A stretch of 64,000 nt of DNA from Vampirovibrio chlorellavorus (GTDB lineage Bacteria > Cyanobacteriota > Vampirovibrionia > Vampirovibrionales > Vampirovibrionaceae): assembly GCA_001858525.1 (NCBI GenBank), contig LAPX01000001.1, forward strand, positions 70,307 through 134,306. Direction: 5' to 3'. The notes beneath the pieces are model-generated. The model was not told the origin of the DNA, made no database searches, and was given only the letters and a program-made list of their open reading frames with translations. Positions 56,465 to 64,000 of this stretch are shown here, one piece after another; position 1 is the stretch's first letter; each line of letters opens with the position of its first letter. Made by a program: the position numbers and the translations under genes.

Positions 56465-58372
56465 ATGGATAAAGGATTTTCCCCCAAGGCGTTTCTGCCT
56501 GAATTAACCCTGTTTGTCATTATGGCCGTGTTGCTGTTTATCAATTTGGGCGTATTTGATATTGACCCTTACAGCGAATTTTTCCACCTGGAATCCGCCA
56601 AGGAAACCTTATCTCTGGGGCGCTTCTGGGTTCCCAGTCTAAGTGGACACGATTATCTGGTGCGTGCCCCCCTGTGGACCTGGTTGATGATGATCGGTTT
56701 TAAACTGGGCGGCATTGGCTTATCTGTAGCCAGATTACCAGCAGCCATGCTCTCCCTGATAGCCTTGGGCCTGACCTACCTGATGACCATGGAGCTGACT
56801 AAAAGCCGGTTTTCAGCCCTGTTCACCACCAGTTTGCTCGCCGTAAGCTGGGGCTTCTTTTACCTGGGATCTCTGGCCACTGCTGATATCCTGACCCTTA
56901 ATCTGTATCTGGGTTTTTTATGGACATTTTTCAAATGGAAAGATCAGGCCTCTCGTCGCAATGGTGCCATTGAGGAAATGAACCGGACCATGCTGATCAT
57001 GGGCAGTCTGCTCGGGGTGCTGGTACTTTGCAGTGGCAGTCTCAGCGCGCTCATGCTGGTAGTCATCACGTCCCTTTACCTGGTTTTAAGCCAAAACACC
57101 CTGTTGTTTAACCGCATGAATTTCAAATCCCTGCTGTTACCCATGGTGCTGATTCCCTTACCCTGGCTGTTATGGACCTCCATGGCATCTGGCCAAAGTG
57201 GATTTATCTTGAATTACCTGCTGGTTTACCCCGCCCAGAAAATACTGGGTTTGGGTCTTTGGACCAGCCTACGGGGGGATTGGCTGTTTTACGCCAAGCG
57301 ACTGCTGATTGAGTTGCTGCCATTCTCGCTACTGGTGCCAGCGGCCTTACTGGACCCGGAGGTCATAACCGTGAATACTCGACACCAGTCGGCCCCGCCA
57401 ACCGCCTGGCTGCTAAGCTGGTTCTTGATTGGCTTTACGGTTTATTCGCTCTCCGCTTTTCAGGAACCCACCCTGATTTTACCCTTTATTCCGCCCCTGG
57501 CCATCATTGCGGGTGGCTATCTGGCTCAGGTAGTGGAGGCCTCCAATAACAAAACGCACGCTTACTACGAAAAAGTCCTGATTACCTACATCATGGCCCT
57601 TTTAGTGGCCGCGGTCCTTTTGACCATCGTTATTTTCCAGGTGGTGCCCAGCAACTACGTGGCCGGTTTCTGGAAGTTACCGGGGCTGGCGGTGCTGGAA
57701 TCCCTGACGTTGAAAGATAAAGTATTTCCCCTGCCAGAAGCCTTTCCCCTGTGGAAGTTCTGGCTGATACCGGGGCCGTTCATTCTGCTGATAGGGGCCT
57801 TTTCCCTCTTCTTTTTGCAATTTTCCAGAAAGCTGAGCCTGACCCCATTGGCCCTGTGCAGTTCTCTGCTGATTTTTATGCTGTTTGTCAAAACGGTCTA
57901 TTTGCCCATCATGCACCGTCCGGTCAATGAGTATCTGGCCCAGCAGCTGAACCACAGTATCAAAGCGGATGACAGGGTTTTACTATACTCCCTGCACCCA
58001 GCGGTCAAGCGTGTTTTGTTTTACATTGCCCCGCAAAACCGACCGGCCGTTTACGTTGTGCATAGCAGCCAGCAAGTTGCCCAGGCCCTGGAGAATGGCA
58101 ATGGGGTCATCTACGGGGTCATTCGGGAAAAGAGCTACTTCAACGATCTGGACTATCAGTACAGAAACCTGTTTCGGGTGAACCAGTACAACTGGCAATG
58201 GGATTTGGACAGCCTGAATGAAATGGGCAAATTGCTGACAGGGCGCCTTCCGGAATTTGATAAAATGCGCTCGGAAATTATGGTGCTGCAAAGCTTGCCC
58301 ACAGATACGCTTCGGGTGATTAAACAAGAAGAACAGAACCGGGCGGAACAGACCCGGCAAGATCGAAACTAA
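56465..58372 (+). CDS. Glycosyltransferase family 39 (PMT/ArnT-like) polytopic membrane protein.
   Basis: Multi-transmembrane protein with a GT-C N-terminal loop and a periplasmic C-terminal domain. 635 aa. Confidence 0.75.
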   Translation: MDKGFSPKAFLPELTLFVIMAVLLFINLGVFDIDPYSEFFHLESAKETLSLGRFWVPSLSGHDYLVRAPLWTWLMMIGFKLGGIGLSVARLPAAMLSLIALGLTYLMTMELTKSRFSALFTTSLLAVSWGFFYLGSLATADILTLNLYLGFLWTFFKWKDQASRRNGAIEEMNRTMLIMGSLLGVLVLCSGSLSALMLVVITSLYLVLSQNTLLFNRMNFKSLLLPMVLIPLPWLLWTSMASGQSGFILNYLLVYPAQKILGLGLWTSLRGDWLFYAKRLLIELLPFSLLVPAALLDPEVITVNTRHQSAPPTAWLLSWFLIGFTVYSLSAFQEPTLILPFIPPLAIIAGGYLAQVVEASNNKTHAYYEKVLITYIMALLVAAVLLTIVIFQVVPSNYVAGFWKLPGLAVLESLTLKDKVFPLPEAFPLWKFWLIPGPFILLIGAFSLFFLQFSRKLSLTPLALCSSLLIFMLFVKTVYLPIMHRPVNEYLAQQLNHSIKADDRVLLYSLHPAVKRVLFYIAPQNRPAVYVVHSSQQVAQALENGNGVIYGVIREKSYFNDLDYQYRNLFRVNQYNWQWDLDSLNEMGKLLTGRLPEFDKMRSEIMVLQSLPTDTLRVIKQEEQNRAEQTRQDRN

Positions 58373-58504
58373 AAATCCAAACGTTGCAATCATTCCTAAA
58401 GGAACGCCCGCCTTTGGTGAATTAAAGATTGCGCTTTGGGCTTCAGGTCGTACTATAAACTGATAATAATTCGCAATTAGGCTGAGTTATTCAAAGTCAG
58501 TCCA

Positions 58505-59611
58505 GTGGGTTTCGTTGTTCTTTTAAGTGGGAGGGTATTTGCGATGCTGTCAGGGATTCACTCACCCATCAATGGCTGGGGAAACACCGGGAGTGTTAAA
58601 AGCGCTGCAAAATCACCCGACTCCCCGCAGGCAATCAGTCGTTCCGATCAGTTTCAACGTTCAGGCAAAACGCTCAACTCAGAAGCCAGCAGTTCTCTCG
58701 CCTCTACACACAGCGGCAAAACCTTGTTTCAGCGAGTATTTCAGGCCCCCTGGACAAAACGATCCGGGGTATCCAGGAGTCAACCACGCACCCGCATTAT
58801 TGCCGGGGCCCAACACGACCGTAAAGAGCCCCGCAATCCCATTTCTTTTGAAGCACTGGATAGCATGCTCAAAGAACTGGACAATGATGTGGATCCCCAC
58901 ATCGGTTCCATCATGAAGGACGGCTATGCCAGCGGCCTCAAACATCTGCTGAAAGTGGGCAACCAGATTGTGGCCGAGATGAACAAGGTGACAGAACAGG
59001 GGCACAATAACCCGGAACTGGTTATCTACTTCGATCCACCGGTGGTTCATGGCACCCTGAAAGACCCCATGAGTGAGCGCCGTTATTCCTATGAAATCGA
59101 GGCTGAAAAAGAAGTCGTCTGTGAAGTGTTGACCCCGCGACGACTGCCCACAAAATTTAATGCCATGAACCACTGGTCCAACATCGCCCGGGACAAGCAA
59201 GGCCTGAGTGAGCTGGAGTATCTGGAATTTGATAAGACCGATCTCGGGTATATGCAAGAAACCACCCGAAGGCACACCAAAGTCCCCAGACAAGAGCGCT
59301 TCAACCTGCACAACAAGGAAGAACTGGCCGACTACGCCTTTCAACTGTTTAATATGCTTTATAACCTGCATTTAGCCCGAGAAGAAATGGCCCAGCAGTT
59401 TAAAAAAAATCCGGCCCAATATAAAGTAGGCATTGCCTCTCGCAGTCCGGGGGGTGAAACGGAAATCCACGATCTCAGCCGCCTGTTTCCGGGGTGTCAT
59501 CTTCAGGCCGACAATACGCAGCCACAAGGCCCCTTTTCTGAATTACCCCTGTCACTCCCGGCCCAGCGGGCTTTGCTGGAACGACTTTTCAGAGAGGACA
59601 ATAGCCAATAG
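58505..59611 (+). CDS. Member A of a tandem three-gene paralog family of unknown function. The start is probably the internal MLSGIHSPING.
   Basis: Shares with B and C an S/P/Q-rich disordered N-terminus, a (D/E)EL(A/S)DY..LF.ML block and the C-terminal IHDLSRLFPGC motif. Confidence 0.5.
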   Translation: MGFVVLLSGRVFAMLSGIHSPINGWGNTGSVKSAAKSPDSPQAISRSDQFQRSGKTLNSEASSSLASTHSGKTLFQRVFQAPWTKRSGVSRSQPRTRIIAGAQHDRKEPRNPISFEALDSMLKELDNDVDPHIGSIMKDGYASGLKHLLKVGNQIVAEMNKVTEQGHNNPELVIYFDPPVVHGTLKDPMSERRYSYEIEAEKEVVCEVLTPRRLPTKFNAMNHWSNIARDKQGLSELEYLEFDKTDLGYMQETTRRHTKVPRQERFNLHNKEELADYAFQLFNMLYNLHLAREEMAQQFKKNPAQYKVGIASRSPGGETEIHDLSRLFPGCHLQADNTQPQGPFSELPLSLPAQRALLERLFREDNSQ

Positions 59612-59672
59612 GCAATACTTTTTTCAGCTTGAATTGTTGCCCTAAAAAGGCACATCTGGGGAGTTCTCGATC

Positions 59673-60701
59673 ATGATTTTAAGCAGCGGCTTTTCACCGA
59701 TTCAAAGCAATCCACCCAACCAGACTGAAATCAGTTCTGGCAAAAAAAAGACGGCAAAACACCCACAAAATGCACAATATGGCGTCAGCGCGCAGCTTGG
59801 CGCTCGGCCACGCCCGAACCGAAAACCACCCCATACTGGCGCCTCAAACATTCATAACCCTTTGGAGCAAACTAAATTACGACAACTCCTGGGACACATT
59901 CGTCCAGAACCCAGCAGCCTTTACCCCATTGACGCTCAAAATATCAATGTGGCTGCCAAGCAATTGATCCAATTGGGGAACGCGCTTTTAAACCTGCAAG
60001 AAGAGCACTCCAAATGGCCTGTCAGCAAGGACCGTTATATTTATACGCACAGCCAGCTGGTCATCTATCAGGAAGAAACCATGAGAGAGACCGACGCAGG
60101 GATCTACTGGACGCCCTCAAAAATTATGCGCTACATCGACACCCCCAGTAACACCCGACGCTGGCTCCAACGTCCCTGGCGCTACCTAGCAGACCTCTCC
60201 CAACATTTAGCCAGCCAAGAAACTGATATAAGCCTCAAAATCCCCCTGCACGTGGCCCAGATGCTTTCACAGTTTTTATCTTGCAGCTTCAATCCAGATT
60301 TATTTGACTTTGAGCGGGCCTGGAAAAAAGGCCTGACCATCCTGCACAATCACATTCAAGGGGTGGGGCTGATAGATTGGAGTCGAGCCGAGCGAAACGC
60401 ACTGGCCAAAACAGCCTCTCGGCAGGGGTTTAACATTCGGCACGACGATGAACTGAGTGATTATGTGGAAGACTTGTTCCACATGCTGGAACAAGTTGCC
60501 AGTGGCCTGCACCAAGCAAAAGCAGACTATCCCAAAGCACCTATGAAATTGGGGCTTGTCAGCAAATTGCCGGACGGACGGCAGCTCTTTTATGATTTAA
60601 GCGACCTATTTCCCGGTGGCAGTTTAACGGCCATCCGCACAGTCACCGCAACCGATCGAAAAGAGCTTGAAAACTTGCTCAATCAGACGGATTCGGTTTA
60701 A
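59673..60701 (+). CDS. Member B of the tandem paralog family.
   Basis: N-terminus MILSSGFSPIQS. DELSDYVEDLFHMLE. C-terminal FYDLSDLFPGG. Confidence 0.5.
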   Translation: MILSSGFSPIQSNPPNQTEISSGKKKTAKHPQNAQYGVSAQLGARPRPNRKPPHTGASNIHNPLEQTKLRQLLGHIRPEPSSLYPIDAQNINVAAKQLIQLGNALLNLQEEHSKWPVSKDRYIYTHSQLVIYQEETMRETDAGIYWTPSKIMRYIDTPSNTRRWLQRPWRYLADLSQHLASQETDISLKIPLHVAQMLSQFLSCSFNPDLFDFERAWKKGLTILHNHIQGVGLIDWSRAERNALAKTASRQGFNIRHDDELSDYVEDLFHMLEQVASGLHQAKADYPKAPMKLGLVSKLPDGRQLFYDLSDLFPGGSLTAIRTVTATDRKELENLLNQTDSV

Positions 60702-60822
60702 GAGCGTGTTCCAGAGAGAAAGGTTCGATTTGAGTTTAAGGCTTGGCTTATTTTGTTTTTAACTTATAATGTCTTTTTGAAAGTGAGGTTTACATATAAC
60801 CAATCGGTAGGGGAGAACGCTT

Positions 60823-61959
60823 GTGATCGTACAAGGGGTATTTTCGCATTTAAAACCATTAGCGGGGCCACACCAACGCACCGGGGAAAGCCCGACTGAG
60901 CCCACATTACAAAAACATCAACCGCTGCCAGCCAACGGAGATCGATTCCAGCGCCAGGCAAAGGGTCTACCATCAGGGCTTCCAGCCAAGCCGTTTATCG
61001 GACAATCTTTATGGCCCCGCAAACCAGAATCGCCCAAACGCCAGGTCATTGCCGGAAAAAGCGCAAAAGCCAGTATGGAGCCTGAAAACCACAGGCCCTC
61101 CCCGCCTGCGCCTCCCATCAACCCCATCGCCTTTGAACGGGCCAACGCACTGCTAAAAGCCCTCAGAACAGAGCACGCTCCGACGGCTCAAGCCATTCTG
61201 AACAACGGTCAACAGGAAGGACTGAAGCAACTGCTGATGATTAGCAACCGACTGGTGAGCGACGTCAACGGCCTGCGCAAACAGGGACGTCACAACATTC
61301 GCTTTGTCTTTTATGTGCATGATCCGTCCCTGAAGGCCTTTCGCGATCCTGAATTTGATCCGCAGAATCCGGAACTCTCCGATGAGTTGTCGCTACGGTA
61401 TTACTTTAGCAAACCGCAAATTCTGGCCGATCAGGATCGCTTGCACCCACCCCTGAGGTATGGCCGCAAGGCTCCATCATTGCCCAGCGTTTTACCGGAC
61501 AACCAGGCCAAAGGGCTGGGCCATCTGGAATTTTCAATGGAAGAACTGCAGGTTCTGAAAGCCACCGCCCAAAGCGCGGGTTATCAGGACAGCGAGGCCC
61601 ATTTTAATGAGTACCTCAAACAACTCTTTGATCAGGTGGAAAATCTATACGCCCAATGGCTCACCGTGTCGCAACAGGATCAAGGCGTTCAACCCTTACG
61701 GCTGGGCCTCTATTCCGATAATTTACCCACCATGCGCTATATTATTCGAGGCAAACGCAAAGAGCCACCGATTCGGGATTTTAAGGGCTGGCAACGGCTG
61801 GATCAGCCCAAGCGAGGCTGGCAAATCCATGACGTCACCCAGCTCTTTCCGGCCTGCGATATAAGCGGCTATCAAACCGGCCCAGCGCAAGCCCTGCTGA
61901 ATCTGGAAAGTAAAATTCCATTTTGGTACGAACGAAAGAAACCCAAAGGGAACGCCTAG
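60823..61959 (+). CDS. Member C of the tandem paralog family.
   Basis: N-terminus MIVQGVFSHLKP. C-terminal IHDVTQLFPAC. Central blocks alignable with A. Confidence 0.5.
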   Translation: MIVQGVFSHLKPLAGPHQRTGESPTEPTLQKHQPLPANGDRFQRQAKGLPSGLPAKPFIGQSLWPRKPESPKRQVIAGKSAKASMEPENHRPSPPAPPINPIAFERANALLKALRTEHAPTAQAILNNGQQEGLKQLLMISNRLVSDVNGLRKQGRHNIRFVFYVHDPSLKAFRDPEFDPQNPELSDELSLRYYFSKPQILADQDRLHPPLRYGRKAPSLPSVLPDNQAKGLGHLEFSMEELQVLKATAQSAGYQDSEAHFNEYLKQLFDQVENLYAQWLTVSQQDQGVQPLRLGLYSDNLPTMRYIIRGKRKEPPIRDFKGWQRLDQPKRGWQIHDVTQLFPACDISGYQTGPAQALLNLESKIPFWYERKKPKGNA

Positions 61960-63074
61960 GGTTTGGGTTTGCAATTCTTTTTCAAATATTCCCAAAGTTC
62001 GGCGGTTTCAGCATGATTGGCCATCTTAACCGAATTGTAGAAGAACTTGGCTTGCCCATAGTCATCCGCCGCGCAGTAGGCAGTACTCAGGTTGTATTTG
62101 GCCTGAATGATATTGGCAGGATCCATGAAGCCAACCTTTAGAGAAAGGGCCTTGCGGGCGTTTATAAACACCTCTTCCCACTGATTTTTGAGCAGGTAGG
62201 CCGAAGAAAGGCCCACATAGGCATCCGCCAGATTCGGGTTTTTACGAATGGCCTGCTGATACTCCAATATGGCCTGTGCCAGTTGATTGGCATGACCGTA
62301 GTAACTGCCCCGGTTGTAATGCGACAGGGCTTCCTGATGTTTGCCAGACACCACCACAATGGAAGCCGGTAAATAGGGTCGGTAGCCCACCGGATAAAAG
62401 CCAGGCTCCATTTTGTTTCGGGCAGAACGAGTATCCGCCAAATCTTGCGGGAAGTGTACCAAAGGCTTTTCAACCGATTGGCGGTTGACCGGGGTGGCGG
62501 TAGCTTGCAAAGCCACTGCGGACTCAATAAGCACTCGGCCCTTGGGCGCCGCTGATAATTTAAGGCTGTTTTTGGGCGGAGACGGTTGCGCCTTACCGGC
62601 GAGAGCAGGCCTTAACGTAGTCGATTTGGCTGAAGCTGAACCCATTGCCTTCTTGGTGGCAGCCGGTATTACCACGGTGGGCTGCCAGTCGGTAACTTTA
62701 CGTTGCCGACGGCTTTGCGGTTCAGCAGTACGAGGCTTTTTAACGGGTGTCGACTGGGCAGGCTTGGCCTGAGAGGAGACCGTTGGCGCTGTTCGACTTT
62801 TTTGTTCCGGCTGCCAGGACACCGGCACCAGATCAGAGTAAACCGACGGCGGAGGGGTATCATGCACCCGGATATCTGGCTTTAAGTCCAGCATGGGAGA
62901 AGTTTTAGGCACATCCATACGAGTCCGGGCGGTCAAACGGGGCGTCTTGCGATACAAGGCCTCCGCCTGCACCCGAATCAGGCTAAAACACAGCGCGTAA
63001 ACCAATAAACTCAGCGCCCAAAAAGCAATCGAATTCTCAACCCGCTTCAATCTCACCGGAAAACTCCCTGCCAT
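61956..63074 (-). CDS. Membrane-anchored TPR-repeat protein with a Pro/Ser/Thr/Lys-rich linker.
   Basis: N-terminal transmembrane helix. TPR helices in the C-terminal third (AYVGLSSAYLLKNQWEE..., AKYNLSTAYCAADDYGQA...). Confidence 0.6.
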   Translation of the reverse strand: MAGSFPVRLKRVENSIAFWALSLLVYALCFSLIRVQAEALYRKTPRLTARTRMDVPKTSPMLDLKPDIRVHDTPPPSVYSDLVPVSWQPEQKSRTAPTVSSQAKPAQSTPVKKPRTAEPQSRRQRKVTDWQPTVVIPAATKKAMGSASAKSTTLRPALAGKAQPSPPKNSLKLSAAPKGRVLIESAVALQATATPVNRQSVEKPLVHFPQDLADTRSARNKMEPGFYPVGYRPYLPASIVVVSGKHQEALSHYNRGSYYGHANQLAQAILEYQQAIRKNPNLADAYVGLSSAYLLKNQWEEVFINARKALSLKVGFMDPANIIQAKYNLSTAYCAADDYGQAKFFYNSVKMANHAETAELWEYLKKNCKPKP

Positions 63075-63123
63075 TGGTGCAAGCGCCTCCGGGAAAAGTC
63101 ACGATTTCAGGCTGATAGGCCGT

Positions 63124-64000
63124 CTATTCCCACTCTACCGTGGCCGGGGGCTTACTGGTAATGTCATATAACGCCCAGTCTACATTGGGTTGCCCAGAAA
63201 GTTCCTCGGCCAGATTACGTATAAATTCCATGGGAATTTCTGAGCCCAGAGCGGCAGGACGGGCGGTCATGTAATCACTGGTAACCACGGCCCTTATGAC
63301 CGCGGAATGCCGTAAGGGACGCTCCACCTGCGGATCACTGTCCACCGGCAGCAACACCGTAAAGAGCTGGCTAATTTGGTCATGAATGCCTTCGGCCCGG
63401 AAGCCATCCGTGACCAGCTGATCCAGCACCCGCAGTTTTTCCAGCGAGACCGGACTCAACAATGTGGGAGTAATGGCCTTCAACTGCTTGGGCAAAGACT
63501 TCTCATTCAGCAACAGGGCCACCCGGTTGATGGCATGAATACGGTTGGGAATTTTTTGGGCCACCGCCCGGACTTGACTCCAGTTAAGCTGCTGTAAGTT
63601 TCCCTTGATGGCCGCCAGATAACGATAACTGCGGCTATCCCCCTGAACCCCAACGCTTTGTACGGGTACCAGCACTGCTTCAAAGCCATCGGCCTCGGCC
63701 AGTTCTTGCAACTCGGCGTTCACGCAGGCATAGTCCTCAGTTAAATATGGCGTTTGGGCGCACAACACCCGAATGCCCAAGCCCGGGCCGGGGAAAGGAT
63801 GCCGCATCACCAATTCTTCCGGCAGGCCCAACATGCGGCCCACTTTGCGCACTTCATCTTTATGCCAATCCCGGTTGGGCTCAATAATCAAGCCTTTTTT
63901 ACGCTGCTCCTGAATCAGGGGCACATCGTTATGGTGCGTTTTAATGGTATGGGCCTGACTGCTGACTTCCCGGTTGCCGCTTTCAATCAGATCCGGGCGC
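63124..64000 (-). CDS. guaA: GMP synthase, C-terminal portion (partial; the gene continues beyond the window end).
   Basis: ...SQAHTIKTHHNDVPLIQE...DEVRKVGRMLGLPEELVMRHPFPGPGLGIRVL...GKPPATVEWE matches the GuaA C-terminal/dimerisation domain. The frame is open to nt 64000. Confidence 0.9.
   Translation of the reverse strand, partial: RPDLIESGNREVSSQAHTIKTHHNDVPLIQEQRKKGLIIEPNRDWHKDEVRKVGRMLGLPEELVMRHPFPGPGLGIRVLCAQTPYLTEDYACVNAELQELAEADGFEAVLVPVQSVGVQGDSRSYRYLAAIKGNLQQLNWSQVRAVAQKIPNRIHAINRVALLLNEKSLPKQLKAITPTLLSPVSLEKLRVLDQLVTDGFRAEGIHDQISQLFTVLLPVDSDPQVERPLRHSAVIRAVVTSDYMTARPAALGSEIPMEFIRNLAEELSGQPNVDWALYDITSKPPATVEWE

Noticed and set aside
1-64000. Search for CRISPR arrays and rRNA genes.
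   Set aside because: No regularly spaced direct repeats with unique spacers, and no rRNA-like sequence, were seen anywhere in the window.

Overview
This 64-kb bacterial chromosomal window is gene-dense and, by eye, GC-moderate. No rRNA genes or CRISPR arrays were found; one tRNA (anticodon CAT) is present.

Housekeeping genes that I recognise by motif: dnaB, dxr, coaBC, pcrA/uvrD-type helicase, a DEAD-box helicase, ald, pepA, the 3' part of guaA, rlmB, an NFACT/RqcH protein, a SurA-like PPIase, a Xer-type recombinase, an L,D-transpeptidase, mqnD, a DegT-type aminotransferase and a GT39 glycosyltransferase.

Accessory or unusual content, in order along the window:
- A minus-strand CO2/bicarbonate module at 1977..7949: beta-carbonic anhydrase, a LysR regulator, DabB (NuoL-like) and DabA (DUF2309).
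- An MqnC/MqnE-family (radical-SAM superfamily) homolog at 8698..9906 whose CxxxCxxC Fe-S motif is replaced.
- A ~1-kb non-coding stretch (13402..14355) holding two tandem paralogous sRNA-like units on the minus strand, each ending in a canonical intrinsic terminator with compensatory stem changes.
- Four long inverted-repeat (MITE-like) elements in intergenic DNA.
- A low-GC, tRNA-adjacent HNH nuclease.
- A 1280-aa protein with zinc ribbons, a degenerate cyclase-like domain, an AAA_16/STAND NTPase domain and TPR repeats.
- Two ankyrin-repeat proteins and an AAA ATPase with a long acidic disordered N-terminus (eukaryote-like features).
- Three tandem divergent paralogs (58505..61959) of an uncharacterised family. 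They share an N-terminal M-(I/L)-x-S-G-x-x-S-P-I motif and a C-terminal (H/Y)D(L/V)(S/T)xLFPG motif. I consider this the best candidate for an undescribed system.

SLH-domain protein, futalosine-pathway gene, RqcH and the DAB module together suggest (inference only) a Terrabacteria / Cyanobacteria-sister-type lineage, possibly host- or prey-associated.

All calls rest on reading the six-frame translations and the DNA by eye. No database searches were run.
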